63,223 nucleotides of DNA from Clostridium sp. CAG:245 (GTDB lineage: Bacteria; Bacillota; Clostridia; TANB77; CAG-508): the NCBI GenBank assembly GCA_000435175.1, contig FR880072.1, positions 19,114 to 82,336 on the forward strand, given 5' to 3'. This document shows, piece after piece, positions 8,924 to 18,853 of the stretch; within the stretch, counting starts at the first letter, position 1; each line of letters opens with the position of its first letter. The translations under genes were made by a program, and so were the position numbers. The notes beneath the pieces are model-generated. The model worked only from the letters and a program-made list of their open reading frames with translations, was not told the origin of the DNA and did not search any database.

Positions 8924-10069
8924 TTATTTCCCATATTTTTCAGTCTCTATTGTTGGATATACAAATTTTTTTCCACTCTCTGTCATTTGTCCATTAGGAA
9001 AATGATTTTTATTCATTTCATTGCTTCCAACTAGGAAATATCTATGTTTTATCGAATCTGACACATATCCAGTTCCTTTAATAACCGGGTCGTCCCAAGT
9101 TGAATCTATAGCATACCACTTTCCGTATAGTTGTACATAATTCCATTCATGTCTTTCAGTTTTTCCTTCAGAGTTTGTTGCAGTTCCACTTACTAAAACA
9201 CATGGAATATCCACTTCATCTAAAATATATTTTAATGTTTCCGCATACCCCTCACAAACTGCAGATTTTTCGATTAATGCTCCATATAAATTATACACAT
9301 TGTTATTTGTTATATTTTGTTCGTAATCTAAATTATTTATAATCCAGTCGTGGGCATGCATTATTTTATTATAATCTATTCCACTTAGGCTTTTAACTAT
9401 ACTGTCCCTTGTTTCTTTTATTTCATTTAATATCGCATGTACTTTTTCTTTATTTTCTATGCCATTTGCCAAATAGCCATTCGAATCTGCTGGAGCAATC
9501 GACAGTGCATACGTTACTTTTTTACCATATGTAGTTTTTCTCATTTTCAAATTTATTTTTGTAACATCTATAAAAAATGTATCAACTCTGTCTAACATTA
9601 AGGCATCCCATGCTGATTGAAAACTAGTATCCAACTGTTTTTCTCCATCGTTCTCATATAATACACTTGCTACTTGATTCGACAATTTTATCTCATAATT
9701 TCCAGACATCATATTTGATAAATTACTTTCAATTGCATCATATATTAATTTTGCGGTATCATCTAATTGATTATAATAATACTTATTATTTTTCACATAT
9801 GCAAAATCATATTCTTTAGAATTTTCATAGTTCTCATCAATAGGAACGACCATTGTATTTTGGTTTTCCGTTGTTTCTACTTTTTCTACATTTATGTATT
9901 CATCTTGTAACTGTTGTACAACGTTTACTCCCTGTTCATAGCCTACTTTTATTTGTTGTTTATTGGATTGAATAACTTTATATATGTAAACTCCTAAAAG
10001 TAACACAATTAGTATTAATAAAACATTTATAATTATATACTGTCTTTTTTCTTTAGCACTGTTTCCCAT
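8924..10069 (-). CDS. Membrane-anchored transglutaminase-like cysteine protease family protein
   Basis: 381 aa with an N-terminal TM helix (YIIINVLLILIVLLLGVYIY). It carries a Cys-His-Asp core in transglutaminase-like order: SAVCEGYAE, then HEWNYVQL, then AIDSTWDD. Confidence 0.7.
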   Translation of the reverse strand: MGNSAKEKRQYIIINVLLILIVLLLGVYIYKVIQSNKQQIKVGYEQGVNVVQQLQDEYINVEKVETTENQNTMVVPIDENYENSKEYDFAYVKNNKYYYNQLDDTAKLIYDAIESNLSNMMSGNYEIKLSNQVASVLYENDGEKQLDTSFQSAWDALMLDRVDTFFIDVTKINLKMRKTTYGKKVTYALSIAPADSNGYLANGIENKEKVHAILNEIKETRDSIVKSLSGIDYNKIMHAHDWIINNLDYEQNITNNNVYNLYGALIEKSAVCEGYAETLKYILDEVDIPCVLVSGTATNSEGKTERHEWNYVQLYGKWYAIDSTWDDPVIKGTGYVSDSIKHRYFLVGSNEMNKNHFPNGQMTESGKKFVYPTIETEKYGK

Positions 10070-10097
10070 AAAAATGGTTCCTTTCTTTTAAAATCCC

Positions 10098-10823
10098 TTA
10101 ATATAACTTAATAATCGCATGAAGTGTGTTCTCGTCCTCTGACTTCATTGTTACGATATTTTGATTTTTCTCTTTTGTATATAGACACTTAAATTCATCA
10201 TTTAATCGTATCTGTTTTTTATACATTATCTCTATATTATTACACTCTGGTGCTTCATATACTTCTTCTGGTAAAACCTCATAAGCATAGTCCAAATAAT
10301 ATAAATTGTGAATATGCTTGTTAATATCTATGTCTCTTCTTTGTGCTTTATATTCTTGCTTTCTTATTATAGTAGTTGGTTCTTTTAATTTCAAAGTATA
10401 ATCTTCTTTGAATACTTTTTTAGTCTCACATTGATATTTTTCAATAATTTCAGGAGTTAATTCTCTTAGCTTTCCAGTGTTTATATCTACAATTGCCCAC
10501 TTGCTAGTAGCAATTGTGCATAGTTCTCCGCTCTCATCATATATCTCGTAGTCTCTATATGTAAAAATTCTATTTGACTCTCTTCCCCATGTATTTATTG
10601 TTAATTCTTCGTTATATATAGGCCTTTTTAAAATTTTAACTTTCCAACCTAATAGAATCCAACTAAATCCTACATTTTCCATATCATTTAATCCAAAATG
10701 TATGGTTTCTGATTGCCTAGCCCCTGCATTTTCTAATATTTTTAATATTGCCTTATTAGTTATTTTATTGGAGTAACCAACATCTTCTAAATCTATTCTT
10801 GTTTTACTTGTGTATATTGCCAT
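10098..10823 (-). CDS. Acyl-ACP thioesterase
   Basis: 241 aa. The N-terminal hotdog region reads YSNKITNKAILKILENAGARQSE...GFSWILLGWKVKILKRPIYNEELTINTWGR, typical of FatA/B-like thioesterases. Confidence 0.7.
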   Translation of the reverse strand: MAIYTSKTRIDLEDVGYSNKITNKAILKILENAGARQSETIHFGLNDMENVGFSWILLGWKVKILKRPIYNEELTINTWGRESNRIFTYRDYEIYDESGELCTIATSKWAIVDINTGKLRELTPEIIEKYQCETKKVFKEDYTLKLKEPTTIIRKQEYKAQRRDIDINKHIHNLYYLDYAYEVLPEEVYEAPECNNIEIMYKKQIRLNDEFKCLYTKEKNQNIVTMKSEDENTLHAIIKLY

Positions 10824-10892
10824 TTTATGCCTCTTTCTAATAATCTATCTATCATTATTATATATTATGAACAAATTATTTTCAATCAAATT

Positions 10893-11777
10893 TTAAAAAT
10901 CTGGCACATACTCTTCTTCATGTTTTCCTAAATCTTGCATATATCCATTCTCTATATCCAACAGATATAAATATTGCTCTATTTCTGAATATTCTTTGTT
11001 TGTTAATTTTCTATTCAAATACTTATCTTCTTTGGCCTTATATGTTGGAAAATATTGTGCCATTACACTCACATATGCTCTTGAATTTACATTTTCTTTT
11101 AACCATTTTAATATGTGTTTCGAATTTTGAATGTGTCCTGGAAGTACCAAGTGTCTTATTATTACTCCTTTTTTTATTAATCCATTTTCGTTAAACTCCG
11201 GAGTTTCCACTTGATTAATCATTTCTAAAATTGCCTTTGTTGCTATTTCAAAATAGTTTGGTGCTTTCGAATATTTTACAGCAATCTCATTAGAATAATA
11301 TTTTAAATCTGGCAAATATACGTCTATATATCCTTTCAGAGCCTTTATTGTTTCAACATTTTCATAACCATTTGTGTTATATATTACTGGAATTATAAGG
11401 CCTTTAGATTTTGCAATTTTTAAAGCTTCTATTATTTGATATGCATACATAGTTGGTGTTACTAAATTTATATTATTTGCACCATTTTTCTGCTGATTTA
11501 AAAAGATATCAGCTAGTTCTTCTATAGAAACTTCTCTTCCTTTTCCCTCTTGACTTATTTTATAATTCTGGCAGAATAAACAATTCAAGTTACAATTCGA
11601 AAAAAATACTGTACCAGAACCATTCTTTCCACTTATGCATGGCTCTTCATAATAATGTAATGATGCTAATGCAATTTTTATCTTATCATTACAACCACAT
11701 TTTCCTATTTTCCCTTCCAATCTATTTACTTTACATCTAAAAGGACAGACTCCACATTGTCTTAATTCCTCTAACAT
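10893..11777 (-). CDS. Radical SAM protein (PflX/pyruvate formate-lyase-activase-related family)
   Basis: Contains the CNLNCLFCQNY CxxxCxxC cluster motif and an N-terminal Cys-rich segment (CGVCPFRCKVNR). I chose the start at ATG 11777, behind GGAGGA. Confidence 0.75.
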   Translation of the reverse strand: MLEELRQCGVCPFRCKVNRLEGKIGKCGCNDKIKIALASLHYYEEPCISGKNGSGTVFFSNCNLNCLFCQNYKISQEGKGREVSIEELADIFLNQQKNGANNINLVTPTMYAYQIIEALKIAKSKGLIIPVIYNTNGYENVETIKALKGYIDVYLPDLKYYSNEIAVKYSKAPNYFEIATKAILEMINQVETPEFNENGLIKKGVIIRHLVLPGHIQNSKHILKWLKENVNSRAYVSVMAQYFPTYKAKEDKYLNRKLTNKEYSEIEQYLYLLDIENGYMQDLGKHEEEYVPDF

Positions 11778-11919
11778 CTTTATATTCCTCCATTTTAAGT
11801 TCAAACTAATACTACAATAAACCATTCCTACCCATTTGTCAATTTTTTCATTCAATATTATTTGACATTTTTCGTCACACAGCGTAAAATGGATATATCA
11901 AATAAATGGGAGAAAAATA

Positions 11920-12771
11920 ATGTTTGGACATAGAAGTGACGGCAGGAAATTAAAAACTGTTCCACCGTTTTTTAGAGTTATACCTTGTGTAATGTTGGAA
12001 AGAAACGATGCACAAGTTTATTTTAAGCAAGATATTAAATTAAAGGAATTAGATGAATACATTGATAGAAAAGCCAAAGAAGGAATAAAGCTTTCTTACA
12101 TGAATATAATTTATGCAGCTATAGTAAGAATCATTGCTGAAAGACCTTATTTAAATAGGTTTGCAATGAATGGTAGCCTATATGCTAGAAATCAAATATT
12201 TTTTTCTTTAGCAATAAAGAAAAGTTTTGCTGATGAAGGACAAGAAACAACAATAAAATTGCCTTTTACAGGAACTGAAAACATTTTCGAAATAAAAGAA
12301 AAATTAGACAAAGCAATAGAACAAAACAAAGATTACAGTACATCTAATAATACAGATGCATTAGCAAAAACCTTTAGTATTGTTCCAAATGGATTTATTA
12401 GAGCTGCTTTTAAATTTATCAAATTTTTAGACAAGCATGGTGCAGTGCCAAAGGCAATCATTTCAGCGAGTCCATTTCATACTAGCGTATTTTTAACTAA
12501 TGTTGGATCTTTAGGAATTGATAGTATTTATCATCATTTATACAATTTTGGTACTACCAGCCTATTCTTTGCAATGGGTAAAAAGAAGAAAAGTTATATT
12601 TATGATGATGATGAAATGCATGAAGAAAAATGTATTACCATAGCCTTTGTTGGTGATGAAAGAATTTGCGATGGTTATTATTATGCAACTTCTTTTAAGC
12701 AATTGTCTAAATATTTAAAGAAGCCAGAATTGTTGGAACAACCAGGAGTTGTAAAAGAAGATATAAAATAA
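11920..12771 (+). CDS. 2-oxoacid dehydrogenase acyltransferase/CAT-fold catalytic-domain-like protein
   Basis: 283 aa. The C-terminal FVGDERICDGYYYA resembles the DHRxxDG active-site motif of E2/CAT-fold acyltransferases, but with Glu in place of His. Confidence 0.4.
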   Translation: MFGHRSDGRKLKTVPPFFRVIPCVMLERNDAQVYFKQDIKLKELDEYIDRKAKEGIKLSYMNIIYAAIVRIIAERPYLNRFAMNGSLYARNQIFFSLAIKKSFADEGQETTIKLPFTGTENIFEIKEKLDKAIEQNKDYSTSNNTDALAKTFSIVPNGFIRAAFKFIKFLDKHGAVPKAIISASPFHTSVFLTNVGSLGIDSIYHHLYNFGTTSLFFAMGKKKKSYIYDDDEMHEEKCITIAFVGDERICDGYYYATSFKQLSKYLKKPELLEQPGVVKEDIK

Positions 12772-12777
12772 ATTTAT

Positions 12778-12817
12778 AAAAGCTGATATATTGTTTTAGT
12801 AACATATATCAGCTTTT
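12778..12817. terminator. Bidirectional terminator between the convergent genes
   Basis: AAAAGCTGATATAT-tgttttagtaac-ATATATCAGCTTTTT. Confidence 0.8.
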
Positions 12818-12819
12818 TA

Positions 12820-13998
12820 TTATTTTTCTATTTCTTTTCTAAAGCTTATACCATTTTCAAGTTTTGGTAAGTCTAACATATCTAATATTGTTGCAGAAAT
12901 ATCTGCAAATGTGCTTCTTATTCCTAAATTCACATTTTCTTTTATATTCTTTCCATATACCAATATTGGAGTATATTCTCTAGAGTGGTCTGTGCTTGGA
13001 GTGCTTGGGTCATTTCCATGATCTCCTGTTATAATAAGCATGTCATTTTCCTTCATTTTGCTCATTATTTCTGGTAATTTCGAGTCAAAATATTCTAGCG
13101 CTCTTGCATATCCTTCAATATTATTTCTATGTCCATATAACATGTCTGTATCTACAAGATTTGTAAATATCAATCCATTAGTGTCTTTCTTTATTTCTTC
13201 AATCGTCTTTTCTATTCCATCAGCATTTCCGTTTGTGTGTATTGCACTGTCTATTCCCCTACCACTGAATAAATCTTCTATTTTTCCTATTGCTACAACA
13301 TTTGTACCATTCTCATGCATTACATCTAACATTGTCTTACCAAAAGTATTAGACTCAAAGTCTTTTCTGTTGTAGGTTCTTGTAAAATTTTCTGATTTAT
13401 CTCCAATAAAAGGTCTTGCAATTACAGTTCCAACATTGTACTCTGGGTTATCTAGAATTTTTCTTGTAATTCTACAAATTTCATATAATTTTTCTACTGG
13501 AATTACGTCTTCATGTGCTGCTATCTGAAATACGCTGTCTGCTGATGTGTATATTATAGGATATCCTGTTTTTATGTGTTCTTCTCCGAAGCGTTTTAAA
13601 ATTTCTGTTCCAGAACCAACTTCATTGCATAAAACTCCTTTTACACCAGTTTTTTCTATAAACTCATCAATCAATTTTTTAGGAAACGCATTTGGATATG
13701 TTGTAAAAGCAGGATGCTTAATATAACCAGACATCTCCCAATGCCCTACTGGACTGTTTTTTCCATCTGCTTGTTCTTGTGCCTTTCCATATGCTCCTAT
13801 TGTCTTTTCTTGTTTTTCTCCAACCTTAACCCCGTCTATATTGTATATCCCTAATTTAGCCATATTGGGAACATTTAAAGACGTATTATTGTATATTCCA
13901 GCAAATGTATTGCTTCCTTCATCTCCATACTTGTTTGCATCTGGAGCCTCTCCGACACCGAAGCCATCAAGTACCATTATGATTACTCTGTCTACCAT
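12820..13998 (-). CDS. deoB: Phosphopentomutase
   Basis: MVDRVIIMVLDGFGVGEAPDA... and GDHGNDPS motifs. The start is at ATG 13998, behind GGAAAGGAAAAG. Confidence 0.9.
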   Translation of the reverse strand: MVDRVIIMVLDGFGVGEAPDANKYGDEGSNTFAGIYNNTSLNVPNMAKLGIYNIDGVKVGEKQEKTIGAYGKAQEQADGKNSPVGHWEMSGYIKHPAFTTYPNAFPKKLIDEFIEKTGVKGVLCNEVGSGTEILKRFGEEHIKTGYPIIYTSADSVFQIAAHEDVIPVEKLYEICRITRKILDNPEYNVGTVIARPFIGDKSENFTRTYNRKDFESNTFGKTMLDVMHENGTNVVAIGKIEDLFSGRGIDSAIHTNGNADGIEKTIEEIKKDTNGLIFTNLVDTDMLYGHRNNIEGYARALEYFDSKLPEIMSKMKENDMLIITGDHGNDPSTPSTDHSREYTPILVYGKNIKENVNLGIRSTFADISATILDMLDLPKLENGISFRKEIEK

Positions 13999-14140
13999 AC
14001 TTTTCCTTTCCATTGGCAAATAATCACAATTTTTGCTACGTCAAATTTCATTCAAAACGCAGTCACATACACCACGCATGCTCCCTTACCTTTTGAATTC
14101 ATTTTCCTTGCCAAAATTTGATTATTTCCCAACTCTTTTA

Positions 14141-16480
14141 TTATTTGCTTGTCAAATTATACTCATACACCTTCACATTCTTTACAAAATTATCAAATTC
14201 ATTCTTGAAAATATTTATATTAAATTCATCTTTTCCTTTTAGCTCAAGCTTATATTTATCCATATTTATAAGTCCTTCTTGAGATATGTCCATTCCTAAA
14301 GGAAGTGTTTGATTATTATTTTCAAAGAATGTTATATTCGAGTAAAATACTAACTTTGTATTTTCTGGAACGTTTATTTTATATAAATACGTTTCTTTAG
14401 ATGTAGAAGTTTTTTCTAGATTATCCAAAGTTTCGAATGGATTTACACTAAATTTGTCAAATCCATCTGGATCAATCTTTTCGTTGCTAGCCTTGTACAA
14501 AGATATATCATATGGAACTTCTATCTTTTCAGATTCATCTATAAGAATTTGTCTAAGTTCTTTTAATTTCTCTATAAATACGTCCATCTCTGTATTTAAA
14601 TTTACATTTAAAACTTTGTACTTATCTTTTTCCGCTTCTCTATGTTGATTATTTTTTAATGTTTTTATCTTTGTCTTATCTTGGCTGATATTTCCAAAAA
14701 TATCGAAATCCTTTTCTTGAATTTTATCAATATCTTTCTTGTAGTCGTCTTTTAATTGCTGCAATAAATTTGCTATTTTTGTTTCATCTGCTTTTAATAG
14801 CTTTTCCTTCGATACTATGTTTATTCCATCTAGTACAAAATTTGATGCAAACAATGCATCTTGTTCTTTATGTGTTAATTTTTCTCTTTGTTGGCTATCT
14901 ATCTTACTTGCAAAATTTTCTATATCTTCTTCATAATCAAATGTTTTTCTAAGTCCTGTACTCGCTGTTTCTTCCTCTTCTACTTCACCTTCGGCAAGCA
15001 TTTTCGACTCATCTTTGTTTGCATATTTCCAAAATTCGAATATACTCTTCTTATGCTCATCTATCTCTTCTAAAAACTCTGTTGCATTCTTTAATTTTTT
15101 ATCAATATTATCAACCTTATTTTGTAAAGCTTTTAAGTCTAGTTTTGCATTTTTATTATCTTTTACATTATTATCAAGTTCTTTGCCAATCTTAATAATA
15201 TCTTCTACAGTATAGCTCTTAGATTCTAATTCATCATCTTTAAAATGTTCTATATTTTCTTTATCTTGACTTAAAATGTCCTTTAATCTTTCTTTACTTG
15301 CAGAATGTTCAGAAACTTCTTCCTCTTTCTTACTTTTCTTTCCTTTAAAGAAATACTTTATTCTTCCCATAAAAGTTTTCTTGCACTCTAAGAAAGTAAC
15401 AATCTCTTTCTCTTTTCTAAGATATTCTAGGTTTTTCTGTTCTTCTTGCTTTTGCAAATCTTTGATATCTGCCTTTACTTCCTTAGTCTCAGTCTTAACT
15501 CTTTCGTTTTCTTTTATCTTAGAAATTGACTCTTTCTTCAAAAACTCTGGCAAAGTATCATATTCAATTTTTTCATCATTATAATAAAATTCTAAGCCAC
15601 CATTTTCACCAATCTTTATTTGAAATTGATAATCTTTTCTTAAATCATATGCTAAAATGAATAATGCTTTTATTAATTTATAACATTTTGAAGCTTCTTT
15701 TTTATCTTTGAGAATAATTCTATATTGGCTTGTCATTTTATCATATATAACAGTCTCTCCAACTATTTGCAACTGAATATTTCCTTCTTCGTCTTCTATT
15801 TCATATATAGAAGGCCAATTTTTAGTGAAAAACCACAAGTAATTTTCTAAATCTTCTATCTCTGATTTTTTTAATATTACTTCCGAATATTCCTCATTAC
15901 TGATAGGCACAAAAATAGTGTTATCCTTTTCACTCTTGCTCTTGCACGCTTCAATCTTTTTTTTCAATAAATAAAACATCGGCGAATTATCTGTTTCGTT
16001 TGTAGAAGCAAGCATAAAATATTTATCCGCATAATCAGAATAGAATATTTGCCACTTAAAATTATTAGCAAATTTCACATCAAATGGAATTTCTTTTTGA
16101 AAAGCCTCTTGTTCCTTTTCTATTTCTTGAATATCTGACACCCTAGTCTGATTTATCATTTTTAAAAAGTATGCATACTTTTCAAGATTTTCGTTTGCCT
16201 CTGGCTTCATATATGTAAATAATGGGCTGGCAAGTTTATACCTTTCCTCTAAATCATCTAGTCTGTCCTTTGGTGTAATTAATATTTCAATATCTTTTAT
16301 TTTTACGTACTTATAAACTTTATATGTAGTTTCGTCGTAAACCTTTGGTACTCTATATTCAAGTGGCTCAAAATCCTTTAAAAATTCTGGAACTTCTCCT
16401 AGTTCAAAACCAATATAGTCTACCTTCTCTCTTAACATATTTAAGTTTTCTGTTGTACCTTTTACTACTTTCCTTGGCAT
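14141..16480 (-). CDS. Large hypothetical protein: globular N-terminal region followed by a long Lys/Glu-rich coiled-coil-like region
   Basis: 779-aa uninterrupted ORF. I recognised no catalytic motif. The central ~250 aa are highly charged (KEKEIVTFLE..., KDNKNAKLDLKALQNKVDNIDKKLKNATEF). Confidence 0.6.
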   Translation of the reverse strand: MPRKVVKGTTENLNMLREKVDYIGFELGEVPEFLKDFEPLEYRVPKVYDETTYKVYKYVKIKDIEILITPKDRLDDLEERYKLASPLFTYMKPEANENLEKYAYFLKMINQTRVSDIQEIEKEQEAFQKEIPFDVKFANNFKWQIFYSDYADKYFMLASTNETDNSPMFYLLKKKIEACKSKSEKDNTIFVPISNEEYSEVILKKSEIEDLENYLWFFTKNWPSIYEIEDEEGNIQLQIVGETVIYDKMTSQYRIILKDKKEASKCYKLIKALFILAYDLRKDYQFQIKIGENGGLEFYYNDEKIEYDTLPEFLKKESISKIKENERVKTETKEVKADIKDLQKQEEQKNLEYLRKEKEIVTFLECKKTFMGRIKYFFKGKKSKKEEEVSEHSASKERLKDILSQDKENIEHFKDDELESKSYTVEDIIKIGKELDNNVKDNKNAKLDLKALQNKVDNIDKKLKNATEFLEEIDEHKKSIFEFWKYANKDESKMLAEGEVEEEETASTGLRKTFDYEEDIENFASKIDSQQREKLTHKEQDALFASNFVLDGINIVSKEKLLKADETKIANLLQQLKDDYKKDIDKIQEKDFDIFGNISQDKTKIKTLKNNQHREAEKDKYKVLNVNLNTEMDVFIEKLKELRQILIDESEKIEVPYDISLYKASNEKIDPDGFDKFSVNPFETLDNLEKTSTSKETYLYKINVPENTKLVFYSNITFFENNNQTLPLGMDISQEGLINMDKYKLELKGKDEFNINIFKNEFDNFVKNVKVYEYNLTSK

Positions 16481-16644
16481 ATTTGCTCCTCCAAATTTTG
16501 CAAATTAAATTACTGATTTAGTATATCACAACTTTATTAATAATGCTATAAAAATTTATTGTATAATAAAAACTTACGCCAATTTTTCAAAAAAAGAATA
16601 CAAACATATTTTTTTTATGTCCGTATTCTTTTTGATTATATTTC

Positions 16645-18570
16645 CTATTTTGCAAATGTTTTTATTTCTTCATCTATTTTTTCTACAAAGTCTTCTAGCT
16701 TCATTGCCCCAACGTCTCCGTCTTTTCTGTTACGAACTCCTACTTTTCCAGCTTCTTGTTCTTTATCTCCAACAACTAACATGTATGGAACTTTTTGAAG
16801 TTGTGCTTCACGTATTTTGTATCCGATTTTTTCTGCTCTATCATCAACTTCTACTCTTACTTCTTTATCTTGTAACGCTTCTTTAACTTTGTTTGCATAT
16901 TCTAAGTGCTTATCTGATATTGGGAGTACTTTTACTTGTACTGGTGCAAGCCATGTTGGGAATGCACCCTTTGTTTCTTCTATTAAAAATGCCATAAATC
17001 TATCTAGTGTTCCAAGTATTGCTCTGTGTATTACAACTGGTCTATGAGCTTTTCCATCTTCACCAATGTATTCTAGTTCGAATCTTTGTGGTAATAAGAA
17101 GTCTAATTGGCAAGTTGAAACTGTTACATCATGTCCTATTGCTGATTTTAATTGTACATCTAGCTTTGGTCCATAGAATGCTGCTTCGCCTTCTGCCTCG
17201 TAGAAGTCTAATCCTAGTTCTGTTAGTATTTCACGAAGTTGACTTTCTGCCTTGTCCCACATTTCGTCATCGTCAAAGTATTTGTGTTTGTCGTTTTTGT
17301 CTCTTAATGATAATCTAAATTTGTAGTCTTTAAATCCAAAGTCTTTGTAAACATCTAGTATTAATTTTACAACTTTTCCAACTTCATCTTTTATTTGGTC
17401 TGGTCTTACGAATAAGTGCGCATCATTTTGGCACATCTCACGCACTCTTTCAATACCGCAAACTGTTCCGCTGTCTTCATATCTAAAGTCGTGTGCTAAT
17501 TCACCAATTCTTATTGGTAAGTCTTTGTATGAACGCATTTTGCTCTTGAATATTAGCATGTGATGTGGGCAGTTCATTGGTCTTAATACTAATTCTTCGT
17601 TGTCCATTTTCATTACTGGGAACATATCCTCTTTGTAGTGGTCCCAGTGTCCTGATGTTTTGTATAGTTCAACGTTTGCAAGTGATGGTGTGTATACATG
17701 TTTGTATCCCATTCTTATTTCTTTGTCCTGAATATATCTTTCAAGCAATCTTCTTACTGTTGCACCATTTGGCAAATACATTGGAAGTCCTGAACCTACT
17801 AATTTATGTGTCATGAATAGTTCTAAGTCTTTTCCTAATTTTCTGTGGTCTCTTTGTTTTGCTTCTTCTAATTTTGCTAAATGTTCTTCAAGCAAGCTTG
17901 CCTTTGGGAATGATATAGCATAAATCCTTTGAAGCATTTTATTCTTCTCGTCACCTCTCCAATAGGCTCCAGAAGTTGATAATAATTTAGCACATTTTAC
18001 TTTTCCTGTGCTCATTAAGTGAGGTCCTGCACATAAATCTGTGAATTCACCTTGTTTATAAAATGATAAAACTTCGTCTTCTGGTAAGTCTTCTATTAGT
18101 TCTACCTTGTAATCTTCTCCTGCATCTTTCATTAATTTAATAGCTTCGCTTCTTGGAAGTTCAAATCTTTCTATTGGTAAATCTTCTTTTATAATTTTTT
18201 TCATTTCAGCTTCTACCTTCTCGAAATCAGCCTCTGAAAATCTGTATTCTGTGTCGAAATCATAGTAAAATCCACCATCTATAGCTGGTCCAATCGCAAG
18301 CTTAACATCTTTATATAATCTCTTGATAGCTTGTGCCATTATGTGAGATGTCGTATGCCAATATGCTTTTTTTCCATCTTCATCATCAAATGTTAAAATT
18401 TCTACATTGCAGTCTTTGTTTAAATTGTATCTTAAATCAACAACCTTTCCATCTACTCTTCCTGCAGTTGCAACTCTTGCTAAACCTTCGCTAATCTCTT
18501 TTGCAAGGTCTATTACAGAAATGCCTTCCTGTACTTCTCTTTTGCTTCCGTCTTTTAATGTAATTATCAT
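16645..18570 (-). CDS. thrS: Threonyl-tRNA synthetase
   Basis: Begins with a TGS domain (MIITLKDGSKREV) and carries class II aaRS motifs (HRAILGTLDRF). The start at 18570 is behind AAAGGAGGA. The longer ORF-track start would run into the T-box terminator. Confidence 0.95.
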   Translation of the reverse strand: MIITLKDGSKREVQEGISVIDLAKEISEGLARVATAGRVDGKVVDLRYNLNKDCNVEILTFDDEDGKKAYWHTTSHIMAQAIKRLYKDVKLAIGPAIDGGFYYDFDTEYRFSEADFEKVEAEMKKIIKEDLPIERFELPRSEAIKLMKDAGEDYKVELIEDLPEDEVLSFYKQGEFTDLCAGPHLMSTGKVKCAKLLSTSGAYWRGDEKNKMLQRIYAISFPKASLLEEHLAKLEEAKQRDHRKLGKDLELFMTHKLVGSGLPMYLPNGATVRRLLERYIQDKEIRMGYKHVYTPSLANVELYKTSGHWDHYKEDMFPVMKMDNEELVLRPMNCPHHMLIFKSKMRSYKDLPIRIGELAHDFRYEDSGTVCGIERVREMCQNDAHLFVRPDQIKDEVGKVVKLILDVYKDFGFKDYKFRLSLRDKNDKHKYFDDDEMWDKAESQLREILTELGLDFYEAEGEAAFYGPKLDVQLKSAIGHDVTVSTCQLDFLLPQRFELEYIGEDGKAHRPVVIHRAILGTLDRFMAFLIEETKGAFPTWLAPVQVKVLPISDKHLEYANKVKEALQDKEVRVEVDDRAEKIGYKIREAQLQKVPYMLVVGDKEQEAGKVGVRNRKDGDVGAMKLEDFVEKIDEEIKTFAK

Positions 18571-18599
18571 AAAAAATCCTCCTTTTGCATCTGGAAAAC

Positions 18600-18775
18600 A
18601 AAAACACTCCCAAATGCTTTTAACATTTAGGAGTGCATATATGCACGGTTCCATCCTAATTTTTTACTTAATTTACTAAGCAAGCTTTCGCCAGTTTCCT
18701 GTGAGGTAGTTTTTCAAATATGTTTGCTTAGAATTGCTTTCAGCCTATGGCAATTCTTCTCTAGAAGTAACCTTT
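18600..18775 (-). promoter_or_regulatory. T-box leader (threonine specifier) controlling thrS
   Basis: The transcript contains AAUUAGGAUGGAACCGUG, which matches the T-box motif (18643-18662). It also has a specifier-region ACUACC (Thr codons, ACC at 18705-18707), an AGAGA motif, and a terminator CACTCCTAAATG/CATTTGGGAGTG plus a T-run (18601-18635). Confidence 0.85.
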
Positions 18776-18853
18776 ATTTTACTTTGTCTCATTGCTTATC
18801 TATTCACATATTCTTATAATAGTACTTTTTTTGTATTATGTCAATACAATTTT

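Noticed and set aside
16645-18654. N-terminally extended versions of several ORFs in the supplied track (thrS 18654, obg 48229, lexA 46891, pth 52167, rplU 50234, glgP 36918, radical SAM 11855, spoVG 7197, PhoH2 30662, beta-CASP 32381)
   Set aside because: In each case an internal ATG is preceded by a good GGAGG-type RBS at 5-10 nt and gives the family-typical N-terminus. The extensions run into RBSs, terminators, the T-box or repeat elements.
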